Positions 24,440 to 37,907 of a stretch of 64,000 nt of DNA are shown piece after piece; position 1 is the first letter of the stretch; every line of letters starts with the position of its first letter. This DNA is from Gonapodya sp. JEL0774 (taxonomy: Eukaryota), in NCBI GenBank assembly GCA_027604505.1, contig JADIIX010000034.1, positions 62,001 to 126,000 on the forward strand, written 5' to 3'. A model generated the notes under the pieces. The model was not told the DNA's origin. It searched no databases and saw only the letters and a list, made by a program, of their open reading frames with translations. Both the position numbers and the translations under genes were made by a program.

Positions 24440-27400
24440 TCAGCTCCCTCGCTTCACAGCCCCATCTTCTGCCCAAACCAGAATCACATCAGGGTCACCA
24501 ATTTCCCCACCGGTCATTGTAGTTTTTCCGAGCCGAGCCATTTCAGCAATGTAAACTGTGCCCGAGTCACGGAGAGCTCGGCGGAGGACTTTGCTGAATG
24601 TCGAAGAGGGAAGAGATTTCAGTAAAGAGGTCGGTGACAGGAAACACGTCGGTTGCCGGAAAGTGTGCCAAAACGAAACATCGTGTTGGTGTTTTCGAAA
24701 GGCGATCCAATTGGCGATCATGTAGTTGCAAAGCAGCAGTCATACAGTGGATTTTTGACAGGTTTCTAAATTCGCTCTTGGCAACTTACCCTGTTGTTGT
24801 GGTTGGCACTCCTGTCCGAAACTCGACAATCCTAGGTCTCTCATACGCCGCACACCTTTCCACCACCCACTTTGCCAGCTCTTTTGCCGTCTTCTCAGTG
24901 GCCTCGCCTTCACATCCTGGGCGTAGGACTACGCAGGCTTTGATAAGCTGTGAGTCCGCATGCTGTTTAATACACGAGTAAGCGTTAGAGCAAAAATGGT
25001 GCTATTGAAGTACCTCAGTCCGGATTTGCAGGGGATCAGCGACGCCAACAATGGCGGAAAGGTGAACGAGAGGGTGTGCATGAAGAGCGGTTTCAAGAGG
25101 CGTAGGACCAATGCGGTCTGGTCATGCGGCACGGGGTGAACGCAACTCGGTAAAAATACTTCCCAAGACGGACCTGACTGTCTCCAATTCCTCATTACTC
25201 ACAGCCTGCATATGTGATCACGTCATCATCTCTGCTCGCAAATTTGAAGTACCCAGAGTCCGCTCCGTTTCCCTTCACTCCCAGATCCTAACCCATAAAT
25301 GATAACCGGAGGGCAGTCACAAGAACACTCCAAAGGCAGAGCCTGGCACCAATGACTTACGCCCGTAAGGAGCCATCTGTGACCGTCTTCGCTGATGGCA
25401 AATTTGCGTTCAGTGGCTACGGGGTCGTTTAGATAACTGACGGAAGGATATTAATCATAGTGAGCGATTTCTCCGTATCGACACCAATCGCGAGTACGGA
25501 CTTGCATCACCAGAGTATGCGTAGACTCATCCACCATTACACGTGAAACTCACCCCAGAAACATGACCGGATCCGGCCACCTCACGGCGATCTGACCCTC
25601 TACGCCAGGTGGGGCAATCTTGCACTTCTTCCCTTCACCGTCCCGACTCTGTCCAAGCTCATCAACTTCATTTAAAATGTTGACGACTTCAACAACGTGT
25701 CCAGGAATAGCTGTGCCGGTCCAACCTGGACGGGCAGTCGGGAGGGAGCCCCCGTTGCCAATGACGAGGTTGCACTCGGTTTGACCCTACACAGATATAC
25801 TCATTTAATCTCAGCGCCGCCATTCGTACCGAGATCTTGAGACGCAGTTTAACTCACATAAAACTCGTAAACTGCACACCCCAACACCCCTTCGCTCCAC
25901 TCCACCACCTCTTTCCCCACGGGTTCCCCACCGCTGCCAATAGCACGCATTCTGACAAGCGGGACACCTGGTGTTTCAGGAGTTGGGTAGCGCGCACGAA
26001 GAAGTTTCAGAACCGTCGGGGGCTATGGGAACATGGATGAATTGCCTCTCCAGCTTCGTTTCATATTTATCATGATTCAGCCTACCAAGAACCCGTTTGT
26101 CACTTTGAATTCTTTGATGACAGCCAGTGCCTCCTCTGCGTCGAATTTCTTGGATCGGTAGGCGATTACCGGGATTCGAAAATAGAACGCGGGAAGGAGC
26201 ACGTCAAGGAGGCCACCGATCCAGGACCAGTCTGCGGGAGTCCTGAAGAAGATCATGTAAGAGGTACAAGAGTATTGATGAATTCAAACGGGACCGCGTT
26301 AAATCACCAAAACACGTCACCCGGCTGAGGCATCATGTCTTGTGGGAACGACACGCCGGGCAAATGGCCTAGGAGGACACGGTGGCTGATGCGACGATTC
26401 ATCTACGAGCTCAAAAGTCTCAGATAATGTTTATGCAGGAACGTACGCATGGACGGCACCCTTTGCCGGGCCAGTGGTGCCGCTTGGTGTTAGAAGAAAA
26501 GGCGAAGATAACGTCAATGATGAAACCAAAAACAAACGTTTGTCCCATGACACATCGTTCATCCAGATTTACTCACCTCGTGAATATAATAATAGCCGGG
26601 TCCTCCGCGCTGGACTCACATGGGATGAAAGGTTTTCCGCTACTGTTTCCCACGAACTGATACACGTCCAACACCGTGAAAGGGTCACTGTCTCGTGTAA
26701 GATCCAGCGGTACATCACCAGTTATGGGCTCAGTTACAGGGAAATGTGGACCGGGCGATTCTAGGACCGGGTCAGAAGATTCGTCGCGAGCGAGTAGAAC
26801 AAGCCGGAGGGTGGGCAGGGGATTCGGCGCGCCAGCATCTCTCGCTTCCGCCACTGCATTCCTCACTTTCTCTAACCCATCCACGTCGGTTACCATCACA
26901 CAGGCACCAGCCTTTGCCATTCTGTAGGTGACGGCAGAGGAGGAAAAGAGTGGAGAGAGCGGTAGGGAAGGATGGTTGAGGCGATGGGCAGTGAGGTGAG
27001 AGAGAGCGGTCAAATAAGATTGGGGCAGGTGGATCGCGACGGGGGCTGTAGGCGGGGGAGAATGTGTTTGGAGGAAGGTGACATTCCCGTCTTAAGCCCC
27101 TATTAAATGTGCCGGACTGGGCTCAATTTCTCAAAGTGCAAGGTGCTTCCACATCTTGAATTTCTCGCTCGGGTCGCTCCTGTGTTAATTCCAAAAGCCC
27201 TGCGTTGTCCGGGACCCACATCCAACCTTGCCCACCATCGGCTCCCCCTTCTTCAATTTTTAGAATCCATATTGGAGCGTCTCGCTCAGCTTACAAAATT
27301 TCACTAGTTCTTGGCGAGTGGCACACTCAACATTGCTGCTGCATACAGCACACTTACCTCTCCGACCTTGGCTGTCCATATCCATCCAGTTCCCCTCCAC

Positions 27401-28000
27401 CAACCCATTTGCCAACATATTGGACAATGCTTTCATTTCGGCATAAAGAAAAGCTCTCTGTTTCGCTGTTCCATCGCCCGTAGGTGGCTCCAGCAGCTGA
27501 ATTAGGGCCACGGAGAATGCTGATCCAGACTCGACGCAATGCTTATCGAGGCACGCCGTTCCGATATTGAACTTTGGGGGAATGAGCCAGGAGTACTCCG
27601 AAAGAGAGATTGGTGAGGATCCGGCGATAATAGAGGACGAATTGGAGGGGGAAAGAGCCAGTGGTAGATTCGGAAATGGAATAGCGTGTTTTGAATCAAC
27701 GACTGACTCTGCGAGCTTCAGAGATTCCGCCAAATACTGAGATGATTTTCCTGAGTGAATCGAGCTGCTGCTGATGGAGCGCGAAGCATAAACCGGGGAG
27801 TGCGACTTCTCATGGTGAGACCTGAACATGACATCGCAAAGCGGCCAAGAAGACAGTGCCCGAACATTCCAGTGGGCAGGATGGCACAAGTTGCTTTGAG
27901 ACGTTCTCTGACTTAAGGACACTCCAGTTATTTGCCCTCTCCTCGTCGTCCAAATCAATCTCGCAAACTTCAAAATCCTTGTATGACCGACTGCGAGCAT
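24440..28000 (-). CDS. AMP-forming acyl-CoA synthetase (medium-chain/acetyl-CoA-synthetase-like), probable mitochondrial presequence, about 10 introns
   Basis: Spliced motifs IPPKFNIGTAC, PAIIIFTSGTTGPAKGAVHAHRVLLGHLPGV, WTPADWSWIGGLLDVLLP, SGGEP, EFYGQTECN, WLLTGDLG, RDDDVITYAGYRIGP and PTTTTGKVLRRALR. The N-terminus MLAVGHTRILKFARLIWTTRR is Arg-rich with no acidic residues. Confidence 0.9.
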
Positions 28001-28583
28001 CGCTATATGTTTCTGACTCCTCGGGGTTACCAATCAGGCCTCTAAACCGTCCTGAGCTTGCTTCGATTGGTCGTGTTTCGCCTGGGATTGTTAATAGTTC
28101 TTGATCTGTGTGAGTTCTCACCGGAGAGGCAAGCAGCCGGTGGGTGTCGATCATGCCCCAGCACCACCCAAACACTTCAATTATTATGTCTGGGATAGTA
28201 CACGAGTATGAACCCGCCAGCGACATCGCACCAGCAAGAAAACACCGACAGAACAAACGAGACACCGATGATGATCTGGACTCCGTGCATTCACACTGGT
28301 AACTGCAGCAGAGGATATGCAACCATCATGTGAAGGCAAAATCCCCCAGTACACTTTTCTGAGTGCGCGGCCTATACGGTCAGCAACGGAAACATTGATT
28401 GGTTAGATAAATTATAGTATATAATCACACGTGAGTTCTATTATTTTGTTTCAGGTGTCTCGTTCAAAATGTGAAGAACCGGCTCAACATCCATCCGAAC
28501 ATTTTGAACAAATCACCGAACAGGCACACTTTCTCCAAATTAAACCTCACCGAAAAGAGATTCTTCTTTTTATATTGCCAGCT

Positions 28584-31500
28584 ATGCCGCTCACAGATAT
28601 CGAGGATCTCGAGTACGTGTCGAATGATTCGCTCGGACGCGAAGAAATTGATGTGACGTCGTGCGGATTTCCCACCGGTGAATCCGATTTGTACAAGTGT
28701 TTTACAAGTGGAGTATAACGCAGCGATTCATCATGGCACATGCCATCTGTGCAACGTGGGGTATGGGAAAGAAAAGACTTTGAAACGGCGACTCCATGAA
28801 GAGAGAACTGTCTCGAAAGCATTTCTGAATGTCAAACGACATTCATTGCAATCTTCTGGGCAGTGAATTCGGCTGCAACATACCAGGGATGTGAGCAGGA
28901 TGTCTCCCCAATGCTTGGAAATCAGTGGATACCGTGGAAACCGGATTTGTGCGGAATTTCGAGGCAGGCAACTATACTTCTGTGATATTTCTCGTCAATA
29001 TCCCCCTCAACCTTCCTCATTTTGTTCCATCTTGTGATTCCTCCTCTTGTACCCAAAACCAAAACAGAACCACTCCAGCCTGGATTTCAGCAGCGCGCTC
29101 CCATAATGTTCCAACGGGTATCAACGGGGATGGACCAGAGGTCAACAAGTACTCTAAAATTTTGACCATGCCAAGAATCAGGGGGCCTAGTCAGGCCATG
29201 CGTGAGTAACAAGGCGTGACCACCGAAGCATATGAACGGACGACCAGGAGTCGACTTCCGTGTTTATTGGAATCGACTCTGGCGTGTCTACCGTGTTTGG
29301 CGAGGATTACTGGCGACGCGTGTAGTTCATAAGCGTTGTGGCGGCACCTTCTTGTTAAGCACACCTCTGCTTTTCATGGCGCTTCTACGGATTTTTGGCC
29401 CCATTTGACATATATTCTACCTGATGCGTTTGTGGATCTTCCAACTCACTCTCATCCTTTTCGTTCCCAATCCGCCCGTTGTTTAATGACACACGAAAAG
29501 TCTTTGCTACCGGCCTCAAACCTCAAGACATGGTGAAAGCCCAAGTCGGCATCGGTTCAGTGTGGTTCGAGGGTAATCCTTGCAACATGGTGCGTTCAAT
29601 TGAGGACGTTCAGTTCTATGTGATGAGGTGGAGGAATCATAAGTTGGTAGAGGAGCGCCATTCTTCAGTATGGGATGAGCTATGACAGTAGTCTATTTAA
29701 GGCAGAGGCCTCTCGGGTATCCTGACGTTTTTCCTCTGCTTCCTCGAATCTTGGGGTGTCACACTTCAATTACCATCAAAAGCATCTCCTCTCTCTCTCC
29801 GAAGATATCAAGCGTGGAGTTGAGGAAAATGGAATGTTGGGTATGCGCTTCAGTTGCGTTGGAGTGGTATGTTAAGTCAAGAACTTTGATTTTGAGTGCA
29901 CGTTAATCAGTTTTACCGATCTTGTTTCTTGTATGATCGAATTATCTCATTTGTATCATCTACACTATAAGTCCGATGGTATTTCCCAAGGTACACCGGG
30001 TATGCGGTACTCCCTCGCCTCGCGAGAGTTAATCGCAGATTCCATGGAGACCGTAAGCAAACTTGTTCTCCCTGACTTTGACGGGCAACCGTTCCGTTTG
30101 ATTTATCACATGGTTATTGGACTGTTGCAGATGATGGGCGCACACTACTACGATGCCCTTATAGGCGTGCCAGGATGTGACAAGAATAGTGAGTTTAATC
30201 GTGATCAGTGAGGTAAACCATCGTGCAAGGTCTGAGCATTATGTTATCATTGAACTCTATCTCTTTAGTGCCCGGTACAATCAGTGAGTCTCCAATGACT
30301 AAGTTTGCGTTATTTGGGTTTTGTTCTCACCGCAGCTCTAACTTTTGCTCCTCAGTGGCAATGCTTCGCCTCAATCGTCCCTCCCTCGTAGTCTACGGCG
30401 GCACTATTCTGCGGGGCCACTGTTCCCTGGGTCCAGTCGATATCGGTCGCTCTTTTGAGCTGTACGGAGAAGTCATGGCAGGAAAAATCACTGAAGAGCA
30501 ACGTGTGGACGGAATATCAAAGGCATGCCCTGGTGCCGGCGCATGTGGAGGAATGTACACGGCGAATACGAGTAGGTGTTTTTTTTCCTGGGCTGATAAC
30601 AGAGAGTGAGCCTAATCGCTTTTGGGGTGTTCTAGTGGCCTCGGCGATTGAGGCCATGGGGATGTGAGCGTCTGGTCGAGAAATGCGCTTCCCAACATGT
30701 CTCATGTGCCCTGTTCCCTAACAACCTCGAATGAGTCAGGTCTCTCCCGTACTCTGCCTCAAATCCCGCAGTCTCCTCCGAAAAGCGCCGTGAGTGCCTC
30801 AACGTTGGGCCTGCGATCCGTACGCTCTTGGAGCGCAATATTTTGCCCAAGGACATCATGACCCGAAAGGCATTTGAAAACGCCGTGACTGTTGGAATCG
30901 CTTTGGGTGGGAGTACGAATTTGGTGTTACACATGTTGGCGATTTCGAGGACAGCGGGAGTGCCGATGGTGCTGGATGACTTTCAGAAGATCAGCGAGAA
31001 GGTTCCGTACCTGGCGAACTTAATGCCTAGGTTAGTGCTCGTCGCGGAATGGATTGTCCAAGTGACGACACATTGCGTTCCACTTATGGCTATGCGCTCT
31101 ACTCCGCAGCGGTGACTTCGTAATGGCGGATCTGCACAATGCCGGCGGTACACCAGCGGTGCTCAAATACCTACTCAAGAACGGGTTTTTACATGGAGAC
31201 TGTATGACGGTCACCGGTGAGTGGGCGTCTGGAATACATACCTGCTCTTTCAGTTTAGACTCTGTGTGTTCAACCTAATGTAACATCACCCCATAAAAGG
31301 ACAAACACTAGCCGAAAACCTTTCCACCGTACCCGATCTTACCGATGACCACAAAATCATCCGACCCCTCTCCGATCCGATTAAGCCGACTGGCCACATC
31401 TCCATTCTTTACGGGAACATTGCCACGATGGGAGCTGTGGCGAAATTGACTGGTAAGGAAGGGCTGAGCTTTACTGGTCCAGCCGTATGCTACGATGGGG

Positions 31501-32217
31501 AAGATGCGATGGCAGCAGGGTTTCAAAAGGGAGAGATCAAAAAGGGTATGGTGGTTGTGATCAGGTATTCTGGACCCAAGGGAGGTGAGAGAACTGTTGT
31601 CTGTATGATTTCACGTTATTATCGTTCCTAATTCCACACCGGGGAAACTCAACAATCAGCACCTGGCATGCCTGAAAGTGAGTAGATCGTGCTACCTGTT
31701 CTTCACCACAGTTCCTTAAGCGAATGCGTACCTGTTCATTATCTAGTGCTCACTCCTACGGGTCTCATCTTTGGCGCTGGATTAAGCAAGGACGTCGCGC
31801 TAATCACAGACGGACGCTTTTCTGGTGCTAGTCATGGATGTGAGTTACTGTCAGGATAAAATGTGCATACTCGTTCCTCCAGCTTTCTACCCGTGTCCAC
31901 AGTCATTGTCGGCCATGTATGTCCCGAAGCACAAGAAGGCGGTAACATTGGTCTGCTCCAGAACGGCGACGAGATCACAATTGAAGCGCACAGTCGAACA
32001 ATCACCGCAAAGGTGTCCGACGAGGTCTTTGCAGCCCGAAGAGCCAAGTGGACTCAGCCACCCCTCAAAGTGAAGAGTGGCGCGCTTTACAAATATGCGA
32101 TGCTTGTAAAGTGAGTGATGCGACGTGCTGGATTACCACAAGTTTGTTATGTTGACTAATTTCTATGCCTTCCCTTCGCGTAGACCTGCATCGGAAGGTT
32201 GCGTCACGGACATGTAA
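28584..32217 (+). CDS. ILV3: Dihydroxy-acid dehydratase (IlvD/Edd family), about 15 introns
   Basis: [111 protein letters not shown] and EGCVTDM. Exon 1 ([10 protein letters not shown]) is inferred from splice phase. Confidence 0.93.
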
Positions 32218-32502
32218 TATAGTGTAGTGAACTAATAGATGAGACTTCACACATCTGACACATATGATTACATGAATTCCACTTGCTGACGAGGATTCGC
32301 CCCCAGAGCTCATCACCCCATAATACCCAACTTTATCAAAGCCTCTGTGGACTGTAGATGAGCTTAGAGGCTTTATGTAATAACCATGATGTACACAGCT
32401 GGCGGACAATTTTTCCCAAGTTTTATTGCTGACGATACGTCGTATTCACGTTTTACTTGAGATACATCACATGAGTTCAAATGACCAAAACAAGGCCAAA
32501 GC

Positions 32503-34446
32503 TCACAACTTTGCAGCGGCCACGACCGCAGAATAGATCTTGGTTCTCTCCTCGTTGAGCTTCGCCAGGTCCGTCGTTGCTTTACGAAGGACATCTGCAA
32601 GTGCAGAAAAAGATGATGGTGACAGTTTGCCTTCGGAGTTGATGTAATTGGAACTACTGCGGAGGTATGGCGAGTTGCTAGGTGCAGCGGAGAGTGATTT
32701 CATGAACTGATGGATGAGGGTGTAAGGTTGGCGATAGTGTTCAGTTCAGTGATGGGAGGCGAGCTGTTCAAAACTGAACCCACATCGCTCATCCGATCCA
32801 AGCACGTGATACTTTGGGGATGCCAAGCAAGGATTTGGAACACATGTATTTGCTGGCAAATGCAAGTAACACGATCAACGAATGGTGACAGTAGAAATGG
32901 ATGCGAGTGAATCTCACGTCCTCGTTAAAATCGGCAGTGATTGACTCTCCACCTGCCACCCTTTTCAGAACAATCGCGATATCCTGTGTACGTTCCACGG
33001 GACAGCGATGAGTTCTCAATTTTGTGCGACGAAGTCCCTGGGACACACTACGTACCTCTCCAACCAACCTATCTATCGCACCCATAATGACCATCTGCGG
33101 TGGTAGCTTCTTCGACGGTTTCACGTCATCGTACAGCGGCGATACAAGAGGTAACTTGGAAAGTGCGTCATGGTCTTTCCATGTGTATCCGTTCGATTGA
33201 AACCCGACCTCGAGCATGTCATTGTCGAAAGAACCACGGAGTTTGAGGGTCTGCAGAATGTGCGTCCCCACGGGCGTGGGGTGGGGTGGGTTGCAGAGGG
33301 GGAGGGTGGGTGGGGGTTGGGGGCAGTGCGGTTGACCGCGTGGGTGTGCTGTCTGTCAAACAAGTCTCAAAGCCACTACGCACCGGGGAGGCACTGGAAA
33401 GGTCAATCCAAGGGGCGATGGGAAGCAAGCCTGAAACAGCGATCGGCGATTGACTTCATCCTGAGTCGAGCTCCAACAGGTGAAGCACGTCCAACAACAA
33501 CATAAACACCCACCACCCGGCATCGGCACGCCCTCCTTGTTATCTCTGGTCCAAATTGCGACCGCGTAGATCAACCCGCCGCCGGCGGAGTCACCTGACA
33601 AGAACACACGTGACGATGGTACTCCTGTCGTCAGGACGTAGCGGTAAGCAGATACCGCGTCAGTGATGGCTGCAGGAAAAGGGTTCTGAAGGAGAGAGAG
33701 TAACAGGGTTAAATACATGGAGAGCGAGCTTGGTGGGAGCAGGCATACCTCGGGAGCAAGGCGATACTGGGGGATGGGAGAACAGGACAAACCACATCTG
33801 AGAAACACCGAAGGGGTTGAAAAATAGAGTCAGGACTTACGTCTACTGAAAGGACCCTAATCCCACGCTGAGCGAGAAGGGCGGTGATTGGACGGTGAGA
33901 AGTAAGAGAACCACCTGTATATCCTCCTCCACTGGCAGATATCAACCCCGAACCTTTAAAACGCCGTCCGCCTACACAAAAAGATGAAAACAACGCTTAC
34001 TGGCAATAAACGCAAACGGGCGCGTCCGGAGCAGCTCCGTCCTTGATTATCCACTCTGCCGGGACGTTACCACTGACAACATCTTCCAATCCCTTCAACG
34101 GCAGTCTCGGAAACGACACTGGTGAAATATTTATTCCTGGAGGAGTTGGCATGATCGGAAGCTTTGCGGCCGCGGCGCGGCGTTCGACGATGGAGATGAA
34201 TGGGTTTGCGCTTGACTTGATGACTGGCAGGGGGTGAGAGACGTTGGACCGATGAAGAAAGGGGAATGCCTCTGCGGAAAATACATACTTTCCATGGAGC
34301 GGATCATTCTCTTGCTCCACTTGAATCGCGGGCGGCAGAAACGGAATCGGGATTCAAAATCATCTCGTGGTGGGAGCAGCAGAGACCGAGGATGGACCCA
34401 CCGTCTTCGGCGGATTTGCCAGCTTGATTTGCTTCAACGTAGACAT
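32503..34446 (-). CDS. Hormone-sensitive-lipase-type alpha/beta hydrolase (esterase) with C-terminal PTS1 (-AKL)
   Basis: HGGGY oxyanion motif (spliced), YRLAPE/NPFPAA, GDSAGG nucleophile and HVFQ. Ends AAAKL-stop. Confidence 0.85.
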
Positions 34447-34953
34447 ATTTTGATGAGCGTGATTGTGGGGAATCTTGAAAGTACGTTTAGATATAACTAA
34501 CTTCTCATGTGCTGTGGGTCGGATCAAATTCTGCCGGACCGCGGAGCACTTGCAACGCAAGATGGTTTGGCCAACATTCCATTTGAGCTACTCATGTGAG
34601 CTTGTTTGACTTCATTTCCAAAGAGATTCTCCTCCAGGTCTGCTTGTGTACATCATGGAAAATTGATTCGTGTAGACACTCATCACATTGAACTTTGCCC
34701 TAGTATATATAAAAATTCACGTGCAGCAGTTGCGTTGCCACTTCACAGGCTCAATCATTTTCCCACATACAATTGGCTGTGTGGCGTGTGAGGATTGCTC
34801 CACATGGGGTATAGTGGCTTGGGTTGTCTGAGTGGTAGTGTCAGCAAGATTTCCATCCCACAAGATATGTCCAGCCAATAGCACAGTGAAGCGGGTGCCA
34901 ATCGTGAGGGGAGGCTTTGAGGTTTCAGGAAACTGACATCACAGGAATGTGGA

Positions 34954-35482
34954 TCACGTCTGCTCATAAGCGTCCTGCCGCCGCTCCACCCGTTTCATCT
35001 CCCAATGCTCAAGATCAATTTTATTCACGGTTTTCTGAGCGTGTTCCATCCGCAATACGTGTGAGGTTGAGACTTTTGGGTGGAACGGGACATTCGATGT
35101 TGCAACATACCTCCAATTCTTCCTGAAGAGAGCTCCGTTTGCGTTCATGTTCCAGACCCAGTTCAGCTTCAGAGCGGTACTGACATGGTAAGGTTGAAGC
35201 ACAGACAAGCATCGTTATGAGAAGCTTGTTGGAACTTCACAGAGAGACAATCCAATTTCTTCCTTGACAACACATGGTGACTTGGTCCCTACATTCTCAA
35301 CGCTCCATCCTGTTACTCACGAATTTCCGTCTCTTATCCTTTTGCTGGATTCCGACGTCCGTGAACCGGGAGAGTACAAATGATCCTCCAACAATCGCAA
35401 GCATCATGGGGAGTCCGATACGGAAGAGGGAGCCAGTCGGTGCACGGAATCGTCGTGATGTGGATCGCGCAGGAAATGACAT
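34954..35482 (-). CDS. COX16: Cytochrome c oxidase assembly protein COX16 (3 exons)
   Basis: FRIGLPMMLAIVGGSFVLSRFT transmembrane segment, then SLQEELE/KTVNKIDLEHWEMKRVER, which is the COX16 pattern. Confidence 0.8.
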
Positions 35483-35677
35483 TGTTTTTCAAAGTTTGAT
35501 CGTCAAGGATAGAAAGCAGCGCTCTATCATGCTTCGGCCCACGTCATGGCACCAACGGAAGAATGATGCACCTCCGCTACTTTTTAGCAAGAGTAATATC
35601 GTTGATAAACAGGCCCTCCATTTGTAAAGGGGAACAACAGCATTTACGACTTGTGTGTGACGGAATCTTATGGTGCT

Positions 35678-35700
35678 GGGGGGAGGGGGGGGGGGGGGGG
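35678..35700. repeat. Poly-G tract in the COX16/aldolase divergent intergenic region
   Basis: G6-A-G16 run. Confidence 0.9.
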
Positions 35701-35841
35701 CGGAGGTTGGTACCATTGCATGGAACTCGCCGAGTCGGTATCAAAATTTGAACAATATTTCGGGACTCCCAAAACTCGCCGAAGATTCTGCTCAGCAAAT
35801 TTCACTGCTGATCATATTCTGCATCACCTTCTTCGCACACG

Positions 35842-37608
35842 ATGGCCCTCAACGGAACAGCAGTCACCCCCAAGTTCACATCACCTCTCTTCAAGGGACT
35901 GTACTCCGCAACGCTCACTCCCTTCAATCCAGGTGAGCCTGGGGTCGATCACAAGAACTGAGTTTGATAACGTTTAGTCGCTCTCTCAAACATGCGGATT
36001 CTTTGAAATCCCGTCAATGTCTGGTTCTCAGATGGAACTCTGAATGTAGCGGCTTACCACGACTATGCCAAACACCTCATGAGCTTCAAGGACGCGGATG
36101 GCAATTACATGCTTGCGGGAGTGTTCTCAAATGGCACGACTGGTGAATCCATGTCCATGAGCACCGAGGAGCGTAAAGCTGCTGGTGAAGCGTGAGTTGC
36201 CCGCCGTCCCATAGGAGAGGGACTTTGTGACGGAAAGTCCAGCTTCACCATGTTGATGATGGATATTCCTGGTTTTCTTGCACTCGTAATACCTAAATAC
36301 AGATGGGTGAAGGCCTTCAAGGACTTGGAGGCTGATCCAACCATTCGGCCCAAGACAATTCTTCACATTGGTGGAAACTCGTGAGTTTTCTGGAATTTTC
36401 GACTTCAAACGAATGATTTGCTCTCCCGCCGATGTAAATTAACTTAAAAATGTGATCAACATCGCTGTATTGGTTCTCTCACGCTCCCACAAGGCTCCCC
36501 GAATGCCAGGCACTTGCCGCGCACGCCGAATCCATCGGTGCGGACGGCATTGCTGTCATGCCACCCAATTTCTTTAAAGCCACCAATGAAAAGCCCATTG
36601 TTGAGTGAGCAGAGCGAACCCTCGACGATCCTTCGCCGCATGACACAATGTGCCCCCGTCGCATATTCTTGTTCTTACTCCATTCAGCTTCCTCTCCAAG
36701 GTGGCGTCCCACGCTCCGAACACCCCCCTCCTCTACTACGAGTTCCCGGTCATCACAGGCGTCCATGTTCCGGCATACCGGGTTATCAAACTCGCGGTTG
36801 AAAAGATTCCCACTTTCCACGGCGCAAAAATGACGACTCAAGACATTGTGAGTTTTTGGAGTGAACGGGTGATCGCGGGTTGTCGGCGGATAGGTGTTGC
36901 GTGACTGCATTTCAACCTTGCAAGTGGTGTCGGATGTTTCTCTCACCCTGACTCCACCCAACAGGGCGACATTTCCCGCACAACACTCCGTTTTCCCCAA
37001 CTGAGCATCCTCTCTGGCTATGAAGAGACTTTCCTCCCCCACCTCACACGTAAGAATCCCCGAGGCTCATTCTGCTCCTTCCCTTTCCTATAACTGTCTC
37101 CTCCTCCACTGGACATATCCACCATTGACTCAGTTACCGGCCAAGGAGCCATCGGCGCGGTGTTCTCTCTCACTCCTGCACCATTCTACCGCATGCTCCG
37201 TACTATGAACGTCTACCCCTCCAACCACCCCAAGTTCGGCTCCCCCGTCGTTCCTCCGACCATCACACCTGAGGTGCTCGCAGCGCTGCGGAAGGATCAC
37301 TCGCAGGTGCTCAAAATCCTCGATCTCATCGGAGAGATCGGAAGCTTCAAGGGTAGGCACGGACTTGCGGTGACCAAGGAGCTTATGAAAGAAAGGTGGG
37401 TTAGCCAAACGAGAGAAGGCAACCAGTCTCAATATTCCTGCGGGTAGGGTGAGATTGCGATTTTCATTCTGTTACCACTCTCCCCTACAACGACAGGTAC
37501 GGGCTCGAATTCGGGGAACCTAGGAGTCCCCTCACAGCTGTTTCGGAGGACGCGGAGCTTCGTATTCTCAAGGGCATGAAAGTAAGACTTGACGCGCTGC
37601 TTGTATAG
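35842..37608 (+). CDS. N-acetylneuraminate-lyase-like class I aldolase (DHDPS/NAL family), multi-exon
   Basis: GLYSATLTPF, NGTTGES.MS.EERK, ILHIG, AESIGADGIAVMPP, LLYY.FP.ITG, KIPTFHGAKMT (Schiff-base Lys), SGYEE and GAIGA. The 3' end is approximate. Confidence 0.85.
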
Positions 37609-37907
37609 ATAGTCTGTCCGTCGCGTTGAAATAAATTGCAAATTTAATTAACTTGCTTGGTGGCGGGAGCTCATTTGAGAAAAGCTTCCGGCCCAAGCGT
37701 GTGGGATTCGCATCTTCACCCGCGCCTACGAAAGCGGTACCGCTGCCGCCTTGCTGCATAACTCGAAACCGCTTGATTCGAACTTGGTGCCATCACGCAA
37801 TGCCATCCTCCAACATATCGGATAGTGTGACGACCGTGGAGTGGACAGCAGCTCGAAAGGTAGGAAAGATTCTCCCGGTGATCGTTCAAATCCATCCGGC
37901 CGGAGCA

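Noticed and set aside
24440..26570. Acyl-CoA synthetase 3' half as a pseudogene (no long ORFs)
   Set aside because: All conserved motifs join in frame through canonical GT-AG introns.
27810..28322. 170-aa minus-strand ORF upstream of the acyl-CoA synthetase
   Set aside because: Overlaps the synthetase leader in another frame and has no recognisable domain.
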